Shown here piece by piece: positions 52,197 to 62,765 of a DNA stretch of 64,000 nt. Source of the stretch: an uncultured Clostridia bacterium (GTDB lineage Bacteria > Bacillota > Clostridia > Christensenellales > UBA1242); contig CAJOLU010000002.1 of assembly GCA_905235475.1 (NCBI GenBank), positions 472-64,471 of the forward strand. The letters run 5' to 3'. The notes beneath the pieces were generated by a model. It saw only the letters and a program-made list of their open reading frames with translations, did not search any database and was not told the DNA's origin. The position numbers and the translations under genes are program-made. The stretch's first letter is position 1, and each line of letters opens with the position of its first letter.

Positions 52197-54608
52197 ATGT
52201 TAAGCAAAAAATATGACTTTAAAGAAACAGAACAAAAATGGCAAAATTATTGGAAAGACAAAAACATTTATGCATATAAGCCAAGAGATAATAGGCCAAA
52301 GTATTTAATTGACACTCCACCGCCAACAATTAGTGGGCCAAGTTTACACACAGGGCATGTGTTTAGTTACACTCAAATTGATGTTATTGCAAGACACAAG
52401 CGAATGAGCGGTTTTGATGTTTACTTCCCTATGGGTTTTGATAACAACGGGCTTCCAAGTGGAAGATATGTTCAAAAAAAATATAATCTAAACCCAGATA
52501 ATTCAACAAGAGAAGAACTCACACAAAAAGTTTCTGAGGAAATGGAAAACATTTTGCCAATTTATAAAGATTTGTTTTTCAATCTTGGATTTTCTTGCAA
52601 CCTAGAACAATACTACACAACAATTTCGCCAGCGTGCCAAAAAATAAGCCAACAATCTTTCATTGAACTATATGAAAAAGGCGAAGTTTCAAGAAGAAAA
52701 TCAGCAACCCTATTTTGTCCAGAATGCAGAACGGCAATTGCTTCTTCTGAAATTGACACAAAAGAAATTGAAAGCAAAATGAACTATATTTATTTTGGCG
52801 TTAAAGATAGTGATATAAAACTTGAAGTTGCAACCACAAGACCAGAACTTTTGCCAGCATGTGTTTGCGTCTTTGTTAACCCAAACGATAAAAAACACAA
52901 CAGCCTTATTGGAAAAACAGCCATAAGTCCAATCTTTGGCAAAGAGGTTCCAATTCTAGCAAATGAAGAAGCGTTGATGGACAAAGGAACTGGGGTTGTT
53001 ATGTGCTGCACCTTTGGTGATGAAAAAGATATGGAATGGCAAAAGTCCTACAATCTTCCAGTTTTGGAAGCAATTGGTCAAAACGGCCGTATGACGGCAC
53101 TTGCTGGCGAATTTGAAGGACTAAAGATTCGCGAAGCAAGAGAAAAAACAATCGAAAAACTAAAAGAACTAAACCTTTTGTATAAGCAAGAAGACATCAC
53201 TCACCTAGTTGCAACACATGAACGTTGTGGAAAAGAAATTGAAATCCTAACAAAGCAACAGTGGTTTATTGACCTTCTTTCTCACAAAGATGAAATTTAT
53301 CAAAAAGGCTTGGAAGTTAACTGGCACCCAAAAACAATGCAAAAGAGATTCCTAAACTGGGTTGATGGTTTAAAGTGGGATTGGTGCATATCTCGTCAAA
53401 ACTTCTATGGTGTTCCCTTCCCAGTTTGGTATTGTAAGAAATGTGGAAAAGAAAAACTTGCAAGCATTGATTCTCTTCCAGTTAACCCAACACAAACAAA
53501 CCCAACCACTCCTTGTGAATGTGGCTCAAGTGAGTTTGAACCTGAAAAAGATGTTTTCGACACTTGGCAAACATCTTCCCTAACACCACAAATTTGTATG
53601 GACCTTGGATTTAACACAGGGCTTTCTGGCGACTTTTTGCCAATGAGCCTAAGACCAAGTGCACACGACAACATTCGTGTTTGGAACTTCTACACAATTG
53701 CAAAAAGTTTGCTTCACTTTGGAAAACTTCCTTGGACCGACATTATGATTTCTGGTTATGCTGTTGATGAAAAAGGCGATAAAATTTCAAAAAGTAAAGG
53801 AAACGAAAAGCAATCTCCTCAACAACTTGTTCAAATCAACTCTGCCGATGCAACAAGATATTGGGCAAGCAATATTTCAATTGGGCTAGACACAGTTTTG
53901 GCACAAGAACAATTAACAAACGCTCAAAAACTTATTCAAAAGATTTTTAACGCAAGCAAATTTGTTATTTCTTTCTTGGACGGTGCCCCAACAGAAATGC
54001 CAGAAAAAATGGAAATGATGGACACTTGGATTTTGGGTAAACTTAAAATAACAACTCAAAACTTTAATAAATATATGGAAAGTTATGAAATGGGTTTAGC
54101 ACTAAAAGAAGTTGAAAAGCTTTTTTGGAACTTCTGTGACAACTATATTGAAATTGCAAAAAACAGATTATATAAACCTGAGATATATGGCGAGGACGCA
54201 AAGAAGAGTGCTCAATATGCCGCAAAAACTGTTTTGAAGGCATTGCTCAAATTGTTCTCAATTTATATGCCACACATAACAGAAGAAATTTACATGGATG
54301 CTTTTGCAGAAGAAGATAACGAAGCTTCAATTCACACCTCTGGCTACACTGATGTTTCCGCTTTCTCAACAGACAAAAATGACGCCGGTGATTTGGTATC
54401 ACAAATTGTTGCTCAAATTAGAGGTTATAAATCTCAACAAAATGTTTCTTTAAAACACGAGATTGAAGAACTCACGATTTGTGGATATCCAGATGTGATT
54501 AAAAAAGCAGAACAAGACATCAAAGCAGTTGGATCTGTTAAAAACATAAAATATATTCAACAAGAAAACAAAGAAGTTATCATCAAACTTGCTCCAATCA
54601 ATGAATAA
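52197..54608 (+). CDS. valS: Valine--tRNA ligase, short archaeal-like (type 2) form
   Basis: DTPPPTISG..LHTGH, PMGFDNNGLP, ATTRPELL, KGTGVVM, DWCISRQ, KISKS; 803 aa with no C-terminal coiled-coil arm. Confidence 0.93.
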   Translation: MLSKKYDFKETEQKWQNYWKDKNIYAYKPRDNRPKYLIDTPPPTISGPSLHTGHVFSYTQIDVIARHKRMSGFDVYFPMGFDNNGLPSGRYVQKKYNLNPDNSTREELTQKVSEEMENILPIYKDLFFNLGFSCNLEQYYTTISPACQKISQQSFIELYEKGEVSRRKSATLFCPECRTAIASSEIDTKEIESKMNYIYFGVKDSDIKLEVATTRPELLPACVCVFVNPNDKKHNSLIGKTAISPIFGKEVPILANEEALMDKGTGVVMCCTFGDEKDMEWQKSYNLPVLEAIGQNGRMTALAGEFEGLKIREAREKTIEKLKELNLLYKQEDITHLVATHERCGKEIEILTKQQWFIDLLSHKDEIYQKGLEVNWHPKTMQKRFLNWVDGLKWDWCISRQNFYGVPFPVWYCKKCGKEKLASIDSLPVNPTQTNPTTPCECGSSEFEPEKDVFDTWQTSSLTPQICMDLGFNTGLSGDFLPMSLRPSAHDNIRVWNFYTIAKSLLHFGKLPWTDIMISGYAVDEKGDKISKSKGNEKQSPQQLVQINSADATRYWASNISIGLDTVLAQEQLTNAQKLIQKIFNASKFVISFLDGAPTEMPEKMEMMDTWILGKLKITTQNFNKYMESYEMGLALKEVEKLFWNFCDNYIEIAKNRLYKPEIYGEDAKKSAQYAAKTVLKALLKLFSIYMPHITEEIYMDAFAEEDNEASIHTSGYTDVSAFSTDKNDAGDLVSQIVAQIRGYKSQQNVSLKHEIEELTICGYPDVIKKAEQDIKAVGSVKNIKYIQQENKEVIIKLAPINE

Positions 54609-54612
54609 TTGC

Positions 54613-54643
54613 AAAAAATAACACAAAAAATTGTGTTATTTTT
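54613..54643 (+). terminator. Terminator
   Basis: AAAAATAACACAA...TTGTGTTATTTTT. Confidence 0.75.
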
Positions 54644-54690
54644 GTTTTTTACCCCACAATTTTTGCAAAATTTAATTTTTGTTAAATCTT

Positions 54691-54719
54691 TCATATCAAA
54701 AATGTATTAAGCATAAAAT
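54691..54719 (+). promoter_or_regulatory. Putative sigma-E (sporulation) promoter of yqfC-yqfD
   Basis: TCATAT...CATAAAAT matches the sigma-E consensus; yqfCD is sigma-E controlled in B. subtilis. Confidence 0.55.
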
Positions 54720-54725
54720 GTTAAT

Positions 54726-54983
54726 ATGTTTTATGATAAGTTTTTTGATTCACTAAATTTGAATGAACTATCTGCCCCATTTAATTTTTTTTGTTTTGGA
54801 TGGAACTATTTTTGTTTAGAAGGAAAATGCACTATTTCATTATTTTCAAGTGTGAAAATTGTGTTATCCCTAAAAAAACAACAAGTGTTTATTTGTGGAA
54901 ATAATTTATCCATAAAAGATATGGACAAAGGTCACATCACAATTGTTGGAAACATTGAAACAATTTCTTCAAAGGAACAATAA
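54726..54983 (+). CDS. yqfC: YabP/YqfC family sporulation protein
   Basis: 85 aa, I.G..LSIK.M....I.I.G.I..I pattern, directly upstream of yqfD. Confidence 0.75.
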   Translation: MFYDKFFDSLNLNELSAPFNFFCFGWNYFCLEGKCTISLFSSVKIVLSLKKQQVFICGNNLSIKDMDKGHITIVGNIETISSKEQ

Positions 54984-54992
54984 CACCTCACA

Positions 54993-56090
54993 ATGAAAAC
55001 AAGCCTTGTTATAAAGGGCGTAAACTTTTCAAATTTATTGGAAGAATTCAAAAAACAAAACATCAAGATTTTCAACATAAAACGCATAAGTGCGTGTGAA
55101 ATTGAAATATCTTTCACCAATAAACAAAAGTCAAAAATTATTGCAATTTTAAATCAAAAATGCTATACTATATCAAGTCAAAAAAAATCCCAACTCCCAT
55201 TTTATTTAAAGCCATTTAAAAACACTGCAATTATTGTTGGAATTATTTTTGGTTTTCTTCTAAACATTATGGCAAGTTTTTTTGTTTGGAACATCAATCT
55301 TGTGGGCGATGCAAGTTTAAGTAGTGACATCACAAAAACGTTAAATGAAAACGGAATAAAGAGATTTGCGTTAAAGTCTCAAATAAGCGCACAAACCATT
55401 AAAAAAATCTTGTATGAAAATGTTGACGCAATAAGCCTTGTTAGTGTTTCACAAAGAGGAACCACCCTTTTTATTAATTACACCAAAAGAGTGAATGCCC
55501 AAACTGACTTCAGCGAAAGCGAAAACATTATTGCAAAAAGTGATGGAATGATTGCAAGCATTCTAACTCTTTCTGGCACTCCACTTGTAAGCCCGGGCGA
55601 CTATGTTAGAAAAGGGCAAATTTTGATTGCTGGAACAACTGCTGAGGGCGAAAAAGTGAAGGCACGTGGACAAGTGTTTGCATATGTGTGGAAAAGTGCA
55701 ACGGCAGAATTTCCATTAACCACCATTTTGTGGGCAAGAACAAACAACACATGCACAAACTTTAAAGTAACCTTTAAGGATTCAACGCTATTCCAATCGC
55801 ACAACACCCACTCTTTTAAGAAATTTGAAACGGAAGAAAATATTTCTTATCTAACAGACAAAGTTTTGCCAATCAAAATTGTGGAAACAATTGAATATGA
55901 ACTTGAACCAATTGAAACAGAACAAGACTTTGAACAGAACAAACAAAAGGTTATTGCCGAAGCAAAAATGCGTTGTTGGGAACAAATTGCGGGAGATGAA
56001 AACATTTTAGAAGAAAAAACAGAAACAAACTTTGTGTCTAACATTTATTTTGTGACACATTATATTAAAATAAAGGAACAAATAAGTTGA
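54993..56090 (+). CDS. yqfD: Sporulation protein YqfD
   Basis: TM then FVWNI...G, GTTL.I, IIAKSDG.I..I....GTPLV..GDYV.KGQILI.G, ARG.V.A. Confidence 0.88.
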   Translation: MKTSLVIKGVNFSNLLEEFKKQNIKIFNIKRISACEIEISFTNKQKSKIIAILNQKCYTISSQKKSQLPFYLKPFKNTAIIVGIIFGFLLNIMASFFVWNINLVGDASLSSDITKTLNENGIKRFALKSQISAQTIKKILYENVDAISLVSVSQRGTTLFINYTKRVNAQTDFSESENIIAKSDGMIASILTLSGTPLVSPGDYVRKGQILIAGTTAEGEKVKARGQVFAYVWKSATAEFPLTTILWARTNNTCTNFKVTFKDSTLFQSHNTHSFKKFETEENISYLTDKVLPIKIVETIEYELEPIETEQDFEQNKQKVIAEAKMRCWEQIAGDENILEEKTETNFVSNIYFVTHYIKIKEQIS

Positions 56091-56587
56091 AATTAAAATT
56101 AGAATTACAAAACAAAACAAACTGCACTTTTGCAGATGAAAAACTCTTAACAAAAATTGGAAAAGAAGTTTTAAAAATTGTTGGTCAACAAAATGCTTGT
56201 GTGAGTTTAACAGTTTTTTATGTTGATGAAAAAGAAATTAAAGAAATTAATAAAAATTATAGAGACAAAGACAAAGAAACAGATGTGATTAGTTTTAGGC
56301 TTGTTGATAATCCACAAAACCTTTCACTCACAAAGGAAAACTTTCGTTATGAGTTTGATGAAGCAACAAAAACAATCTATTTAGGAGAAATCTTTATTTG
56401 TGACAAAGTGGCAACACTCCAAGCAAAAGATTTTTCAAACACACCTTTCCGTGAGGCATGTGAACTTTTTGTTCATGGCATGCTCCACATCTTGGGTTGT
56501 GACCACCACAAAGAAGAAGAAACAGCCATTATGAAACATTATGAGGAACAAATGATTGTTTTTCTAGACAAAAACAAAATAAACTAA
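56087..56587 (+). CDS. ybeY: rRNA maturation endonuclease YbeY
   Basis: N..YRDKDKETDVISF, LGEIFI, HGMLHILGCDH; TTG start overlapping the yqfD stop. Confidence 0.95.
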   Translation: MKLKLELQNKTNCTFADEKLLTKIGKEVLKIVGQQNACVSLTVFYVDEKEIKEINKNYRDKDKETDVISFRLVDNPQNLSLTKENFRYEFDEATKTIYLGEIFICDKVATLQAKDFSNTPFREACELFVHGMLHILGCDHHKEEETAIMKHYEEQMIVFLDKNKIN

Positions 56588-56602
56588 AAGGAAAACAAAA
56601 AT

Positions 56603-57496
56603 ATGGAATTTCATTCAGGATTTGTTGCAGTTATTGGAAAACCAAATGTTGGTAAATCAACACTAATTAATGCAATTATTGGGAAAAAAGTGTCAATCGT
56701 TTCGCCAAAACCACAAACAACCAGAAACAAAATTTTGGGAGTTTGGAACAGCCCTAACACCCAAGTTGTTTTTGTGGACACCCCCGGAATTCACACAGGT
56801 CCAACAGTTCTTGATAAGTATATGGAAAAAAGTGTTGAAAGTGCAACACAAGACATTAACCTACTTTTATATGTTATTGACGGCAGTAAGCCATTTTCAA
56901 ATAATGAATTAAAACTTTTGGAAGACTACACAAACAACTCTTATCCAGTTTTTGCTGTTGTTAACAAAATTGACTTAACAAACTATGAAAAACTTTTTCC
57001 AGAACTTGAAAAACTGAACAAAATTGAGAAACTAAAAGAAGTATTCTGCATCTCTGCCCTAAACAGCAAAAACTTGGAACCACTTAAAGAAAACATCAAA
57101 AAATATATGACTGATGATATTGAATATTTCTCAAAAGATGAAATAACCGACAAGTCTTTTGGATTTATGGTTGCAGAAGCTATTAGAGAAAAAATGCTTT
57201 GGTTACTTTCTGACGAGGTGCCACACGGCGTTGGCGTTGTTGTTGATGAAATGGAAGAAAATGAAAAATTCACACAAATTTCAGCAACAATTTTCTGCGA
57301 AAAGCCAAGTCACAAAAACATTATTGTTGGTGCTGGCGGGCAAATGCTAAAAGAGATTGGAAAAAGTTCTAGGCTTGCCATAGAAAAGTTTTTGGGCAAA
57401 AAAGTTAATTTAAGCCTTTGGGTGAAAGTTAAAGAAGATTGGCGTAACCGCGAAGGCATTTTGGGTAATATTGGTTACTCCATTGATGAATTATAA
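56603..57496 (+). CDS. era: GTPase Era
   Basis: SGFVAVIGKPNVGKST, PKPQTTR, DTPG, NKID, KH domain, LWVKVK.DW. Confidence 0.98.
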   Translation: MEFHSGFVAVIGKPNVGKSTLINAIIGKKVSIVSPKPQTTRNKILGVWNSPNTQVVFVDTPGIHTGPTVLDKYMEKSVESATQDINLLLYVIDGSKPFSNNELKLLEDYTNNSYPVFAVVNKIDLTNYEKLFPELEKLNKIEKLKEVFCISALNSKNLEPLKENIKKYMTDDIEYFSKDEITDKSFGFMVAEAIREKMLWLLSDEVPHGVGVVVDEMEENEKFTQISATIFCEKPSHKNIIVGAGGQMLKEIGKSSRLAIEKFLGKKVNLSLWVKVKEDWRNREGILGNIGYSIDEL

Positions 57497-57543
57497 TAAA
57501 ATAAACATTTTTGGCAATCATAACATTATTAGGAGATGCCAAA

Positions 57544-57699
57544 ATGAAAGAAAAAGATGTAAGTGACCTTGTTTTTAACAACTTTTTAGAAACAGGACAA
57601 ATTGGATATTATTTACTATACAAAAAACTGAAAAAAGAAGAAAAAAATGAACCAAGAAATCATAACAAAGGCGATAGTGATAAAAAGCGTTCCGTATAA
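57544..57699 (+). CDS. yqzL: YqzL-like small protein
   Basis: AGGAG RBS; F.ETG.IGYYLLYK motif; lies between era and recO. Confidence 0.75.
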   Translation: MKEKDVSDLVFNNFLETGQIGYYLLYKKLKKEEKNEPRNHNKGDSDKKRSV

Positions 57700-58378
57700 G
57701 GATAATGACAAGATTTTAACACTTCTCACACCAGATCATGGCAAAATTAGTGCAAGCCTAAGGGGCGCAAACAAGCCAAAAGCAAAGTTAAAATTTGCTG
57801 GGCAACTTTTTTGTTTCGCTGAATTTGATTTAATTCAGTTTGGTTCAAACTTCACAGTTAAAACAGTAACAGAAATTGAAAGTTTTTTTGATATTTCAAA
57901 AGATTTTCAAAAACTTTCAATTGGTTCATCAATTTTGGAAATATGTGACAAAATCACAAAAGAGGGTGAAACAAATTGTTATCCCATTTTTTTAAGCACG
58001 CTAAAAGCCCTTCAAACACTTGTGTTTTCATCAACAAGCCCAAAACTTGTTCTAGTAAAGTTTATGCTAGATGCTTTTAAATTTTGTGGGTATGAACTCA
58101 CAATGGATAGATGCAAAAACTGTGGAGCAAAATTTAATGGTAATATTTTTATGAATATTGAAACAGGTGCTTTTGTGTGCCCACTTTGTAAAACTGAAGA
58201 ATGTATGAACATATCACTGGGTGCCTTTAATATCATAAAACTTGTGTCGAACACAGAATATCAAAATCTAAAATCAATTACGGTGCATGAGCATCATTTA
58301 GATGAAATATTAATACTATTAAATGCAAATTTCACTGGAAAATTTGAAATTATTATAAAAAGTTTAAAAAATTTATAA
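57647..58378 (+). CDS. recO: DNA repair protein RecO
   Basis: AIVIK...Y.D.DKILTLLT...GKI...RGA.K; CxxC/CxxC zinc finger; gene context. Confidence 0.93.
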   Translation: MNQEIITKAIVIKSVPYKDNDKILTLLTPDHGKISASLRGANKPKAKLKFAGQLFCFAEFDLIQFGSNFTVKTVTEIESFFDISKDFQKLSIGSSILEICDKITKEGETNCYPIFLSTLKALQTLVFSSTSPKLVLVKFMLDAFKFCGYELTMDRCKNCGAKFNGNIFMNIETGAFVCPLCKTEECMNISLGAFNIIKLVSNTEYQNLKSITVHEHHLDEILILLNANFTGKFEIIIKSLKNL

Positions 58379-58476
58379 AAAATAAAAGTAATTTTCAATC
58401 TTGTTAACAAATAATATCGTTACAAGAAAATAAAAGTAAATTTTTAAAGTAAAAAACGCTATTTATTGGGGATTTT

Positions 58477-60270
58477 ATGTCAAACTCAACATTCACACCT
58501 GAGTGGAAAGATGAACTCAAATCACGCAGTGACATCGTTTCCACTGTTTCAAAGTATTTAAAATTAGAAAGAAAAGGCAAAAACTATTGGGGTCTTTGCC
58601 CTTTTCACTATGAAAAAACCCCAAGTTTTTGCGTTAACGAAGTGGACCAATTCTTTAAATGCTTTGGGTGTGGCGAAAGTGGCGATGTTATAACCTTTGT
58701 CAGAAAGTTTGAAGGCGTTGATTTTATGCAAGCAATTGAAATTCTAGCCAAAAACGCGGGAATGGAAGTTCCAAAAATAGAAAACAATCAAGAATTAAAG
58801 AAACAAAAAGAGGAAAAAGAACAAGTTTTGCAAGCCCTTCGAGCCGCTGCAATGTTCTATCACAAAACGTTAATGTCTGAAAGAGGACAAGTTTGTATGA
58901 ACTACCTCAAAAATAGGGGCGTTAACAGCACAAGCATAACAAACTTTGGAATGGGCTACTCCCCTGACTTTGAGTCGATGAAAAACGCTTTACTAAAACA
59001 AGGATTTAGCCTTGACACTTTAAAGAAAGCAGGACTTGTGGACACTTCTGCAAATGGAAAAACTTATGACGCTTTTGCTGAAAGATTAACTTTTCCACTT
59101 ATTAACACTTATGGCGATGTGATTGGTTTTTCTGCAAGAATTATTGAAAATAAAGATTTTGCAAAATATAAAAACAGCACTCAAACAATTGTATTTGACA
59201 AAAGTCATGTTATCTTTGGAATTAACTTAATTAAAAAACTGCGAAATGAACTTCATTCCAATGTTCCAAGAATTATTTTAGTTGAAGGGCAACTTGACGT
59301 TGTTGCAATGCACCAAAATGGATTCAACAACACTGTTGCATGCCTTGGAACTGCTCTAACACCATTCCACGCCAAAGAACTTAAAAAGATGACCGACAAT
59401 ATTATTCTTCTTTTAGATGGTGATGGCGCTGGGCAAAAAGCCACAATGCGAAGCATTGATATATTAAGACCAAGTGGACTATCAATAAAAGTTGCCACTT
59501 TACCAGAAAAACTTGACCCAGATGAGTTTTTGAAAAAATACTCAAAAGAAGATATGCAAGCACTTTTGGATAACGCAGTGGAGGCAATGGAATATCAATT
59601 GCAAACAATTGCTCAAAACTATGATTTAACATCAAAAGAACAAAAAGCAAACTACATAAAAAGTGCGTTGGCACTCATTAAAACCCTTGACACAGACGCT
59701 GAAAAAAGCATTTATTTGGATAGTGTTAGAAAACTAACAAACATTCCTGTTGATGTGTTAAGACAAGACCTCGACAATATAAAAATAGAAAAACCAAAAG
59801 AAATAGATGAAAAACGAAATCTATTTATTAAAGAAAATATTGAAAAAGATGCCTTTATTATTGCAGACAAATTCATTTTGGCATCACTACTCTACAAAAA
59901 ACCTTGGGCAAAAATTGAAGAATGTGACAATGTTAGTTTCATACTCCCAGACGCAAAAACACTATTTGACTACTTAAAGCAATCAACACCAGAAAAGCCA
60001 GCACTGGTTGGCGGAGTGTTTGACAGAATTGATGTGGACAATAGCCCTTTTGTGCAAAGTGTTATTAACTGCACATTCAATGATGAAACAGGACAAAAAG
60101 TTTGGAATGACTGCTTAGTCAAAAATGAACAACGACAAATTTTAATGGAAAAAGATGAACTTGAAAAACAATTAAGCACAGCGAATGTTGATGAACGAAA
60201 AGAGATTGCGAAAAAACTTTTTGAATTAGATATAAAAATTGCAAAATTAAAAGCAAAAATAAACAATTAA
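58477..60270 (+). CDS. dnaG: DNA primase
   Basis: CPFH.EKTPSF..CFGC zinc domain, KYKNS, VEGQLDV, DGDGAG, DPDE. Confidence 0.98.
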   Translation: MSNSTFTPEWKDELKSRSDIVSTVSKYLKLERKGKNYWGLCPFHYEKTPSFCVNEVDQFFKCFGCGESGDVITFVRKFEGVDFMQAIEILAKNAGMEVPKIENNQELKKQKEEKEQVLQALRAAAMFYHKTLMSERGQVCMNYLKNRGVNSTSITNFGMGYSPDFESMKNALLKQGFSLDTLKKAGLVDTSANGKTYDAFAERLTFPLINTYGDVIGFSARIIENKDFAKYKNSTQTIVFDKSHVIFGINLIKKLRNELHSNVPRIILVEGQLDVVAMHQNGFNNTVACLGTALTPFHAKELKKMTDNIILLLDGDGAGQKATMRSIDILRPSGLSIKVATLPEKLDPDEFLKKYSKEDMQALLDNAVEAMEYQLQTIAQNYDLTSKEQKANYIKSALALIKTLDTDAEKSIYLDSVRKLTNIPVDVLRQDLDNIKIEKPKEIDEKRNLFIKENIEKDAFIIADKFILASLLYKKPWAKIEECDNVSFILPDAKTLFDYLKQSTPEKPALVGGVFDRIDVDNSPFVQSVINCTFNDETGQKVWNDCLVKNEQRQILMEKDELEKQLSTANVDERKEIAKKLFELDIKIAKLKAKINN

Positions 60271-60283
60271 GGAGAAAAATATT

Positions 60284-61342
60284 TTGGAATTTGATTTAGA
60301 AGTTGAAAAACTAAAGGAACAAGGCCTACAAAAAGGATATATTAATGAAGATGATATTTACTTAAAACTTTTGAAGTATGAATTAACAGCAGAACAACTG
60401 GAAAATGTTATGCAAGACATAAGAAAAGCCGGCATTGAAATCAAAAAAGAGGAAGAGGGCTTAGACAACGATGATGATGCCATGCTTGAATCTCTTATGA
60501 ACCAAGCAAACATTAATGACCCAGTGAAAATGTATTTTAAAGACATTGGAAAAGTGAGCCTACTCACCCCAGAAGAAGAAATTGAACTTGGTAAAAGAAT
60601 TATGGCTGGAGATGAAGAAGCAAAGAAGAAACTTGTTGAAGCAAACTTAAGGCTTGTTGTTTCAATTGCAAAACGTTGGGTTGGAAAAACAAGCATGAGT
60701 TTTAGCGACCTTATTCAAGAAGGAAATATGGGGTTAATTAAAGCCGTTGACCGTTTTGATTATAGGCGTGGTTTCCACTTTTCCACATATGGAACTTGGT
60801 GGATAAGACAATCAATCTCTCGTGCAATCGCCGACCAAGCAAGAACAATTAGGCTTCCCGTTCATATGGTTGAAACAATTAACAAGTTAAGCAGAGTTAC
60901 AAGGCAACTTTGGCAAGAACTTGGCAGAGAGCCACTAGACAGTGAAATTGCAGAAAGAATGGGAATTAGTGAAGAAAAAGTTGGAGAAATCAAAGAAATT
61001 GCACAAGAACCAACATCTCTTGAAGGTCCAGCTGGAGAAGAAGGCGACAGCGAAGTTTCCGACTTCATTCCAGATGAAAACGCAAAAAGTCCTGTGGATG
61101 CCGTTACTCAAACAATTTTGAAAGATGAACTGCTTTCTGTTATCGACACATTAACCCCAAGAGAGCAAAAAGTTATTCGTTTACGTTATGGTTTAGATGA
61201 CTCTCACCCACGAACCCTTGAAGAGGTTGGAAAAGAATTTAATGTCACACGTGAAAGAATCCGTCAAATTGAAGCAAAAGCACTTCGCAAACTTCGCAAC
61301 CCATCAAGAAGTAAAAAATTAAAGGATTTCTATGATGAATAA
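60284..61342 (+). CDS. sigA: Primary sigma factor SigA/RpoD
   Basis: [63 protein letters not shown]; TTG start with GGAG RBS. Confidence 0.98.
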   Translation: MEFDLEVEKLKEQGLQKGYINEDDIYLKLLKYELTAEQLENVMQDIRKAGIEIKKEEEGLDNDDDAMLESLMNQANINDPVKMYFKDIGKVSLLTPEEEIELGKRIMAGDEEAKKKLVEANLRLVVSIAKRWVGKTSMSFSDLIQEGNMGLIKAVDRFDYRRGFHFSTYGTWWIRQSISRAIADQARTIRLPVHMVETINKLSRVTRQLWQELGREPLDSEIAERMGISEEKVGEIKEIAQEPTSLEGPAGEEGDSEVSDFIPDENAKSPVDAVTQTILKDELLSVIDTLTPREQKVIRLRYGLDDSHPRTLEEVGKEFNVTRERIRQIEAKALRKLRNPSRSKKLKDFYDE

Positions 61343-62018
61343 TTTGTCTATAAGACAGCAAGCCCTTGTTAATGTTTGCAAAAAAGCAAATTCAACTTGT
61401 GATGTTGGGTGCGACCATGGTTATATTGGAGTCACCCTACTTGAAAACAAGAAAACAAATTTCTTAATTGCCACAGACATCAGTGCACCATCAGCCAAGA
61501 AAACAGAAATTTTGCTACAACAAAAAAATCAACAACAAAACGCAGATGTTCGTGTTGGCGATGGTTTGCAAACAATAAAAACGGGTGAAGCCCCAGAGCA
61601 AATAATCATTGCAGGAATGGGCGGAAAAGAAATTGTTCACATATTAAGTGAATATAAGAACACACAACAAACGAAACACTTTGTTTTTCAACCAATGAAT
61701 GAACTTGTGTTTTTCCGAAAATATTTAAGTGATAATAACATAAAAATCAAAAAAGATATTGTTATTTTTGATAAAAAGTTTTATCATATAATAACAGCCA
61801 CACCAAGCAAGCAAACTCTATCCCCTTTTAAAACAAAATGGGGAGTCAGTTCCAAATTTAGAGATAACAATTATTATTTATGGCTGAATGAAAAAGAAAA
61901 AAAGATAAAAAAAATAATAAGTAACCTACCCAAAAATAGTGAGAAAACAAAAATGTTTAATTCTTGCTTAAACGACATAAAAAAAATAAAAGCCACAAAA
62001 GGAGCAAAAAAATGTTAG
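61332..62018 (+). CDS. trmK: tRNA (adenine22-N1)-methyltransferase
   Basis: [21 protein letters not shown]; follows sigA. Confidence 0.92.
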   Translation: MMNNLSIRQQALVNVCKKANSTCDVGCDHGYIGVTLLENKKTNFLIATDISAPSAKKTEILLQQKNQQQNADVRVGDGLQTIKTGEAPEQIIIAGMGGKEIVHILSEYKNTQQTKHFVFQPMNELVFFRKYLSDNNIKIKKDIVIFDKKFYHIITATPSKQTLSPFKTKWGVSSKFRDNNYYLWLNEKEKKIKKIISNLPKNSEKTKMFNSCLNDIKKIKATKGAKKC

Positions 62019-62707
62019 AAGCAATATTAGAATATCAAAAGAAAGATGGCGAACTTGTGAAAATAGAAAAAGAAATTTCAGAAAGTAAAGCAAAAAAGGT
62101 TGTTAACCAAATGGTTGGTATTGTTAAAGATGCACAACAAAAAATTGTTGCAACTGAAAAGAATGCCGACCAACTCATCAAAAACTTTGAGGAGTTAAAT
62201 AAAACTTTTGCAGAACAACAAAAGCAGGCAATGAAATTTCTAAAACTAAAAGCAGAAAATGAACAAGATGAAGCAATATTGGAATATGAAAAAAATATTA
62301 AAGAGATAACAACCAATCTTCTATTAATGCAAAAGAACATTGCAAAACTTTCAAAAAACATCACCGACACCCTCAAACAATTCGAACAATACAAAAATGA
62401 TGTTATTGAAGCAAAGAAAAAACACACTCAAGGAATGAATGCCTACAACAAACTTATTGAGAGCCACGCAAAAGAAGTTGAAAACCTTAAAAAAGAACTT
62501 ACAGAACTAGAAAAGAAAGTTGACCCAAAACTTTTAGCAAAATATAAAAAGATGAGAGAAGACAAAAAGTTCCCAATCTTTGTTCCACTTCTAAACTCTT
62601 CTTGTGGTGGATGTTCAATGGGACTCGCAGTTTCACAACTCAACAAACTGGACGAAAAAGGAATGCTAGAGTGTGAAAACTGCCACAGAATTATTTATAA
62701 AAAATAA
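62012..62707 (+). CDS. Coiled-coil protein with C-terminal C4 zinc ribbon (DUF164/zf-RING_7-like)
   Basis: ATG 62012 after GGAG; long coiled coil, then LL.KY..R, CGGC.M...CENCHRIIY. Confidence 0.85.
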   Translation: MLEAILEYQKKDGELVKIEKEISESKAKKVVNQMVGIVKDAQQKIVATEKNADQLIKNFEELNKTFAEQQKQAMKFLKLKAENEQDEAILEYEKNIKEITTNLLLMQKNIAKLSKNITDTLKQFEQYKNDVIEAKKKHTQGMNAYNKLIESHAKEVENLKKELTELEKKVDPKLLAKYKKMREDKKFPIFVPLLNSSCGGCSMGLAVSQLNKLDEKGMLECENCHRIIYKK

Positions 62708-62727
62708 TATTTGCAAAAAAAATATAT

Positions 62728-62765
62728 AAAAAAGTTGTTAAAATTTGAAATTTAACAACTTTTTT
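62728..62765. terminator. Bidirectional terminator
   Basis: AAAAAAGTTGTTAAA...TTTAACAACTTTTTT. Confidence 0.75.
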
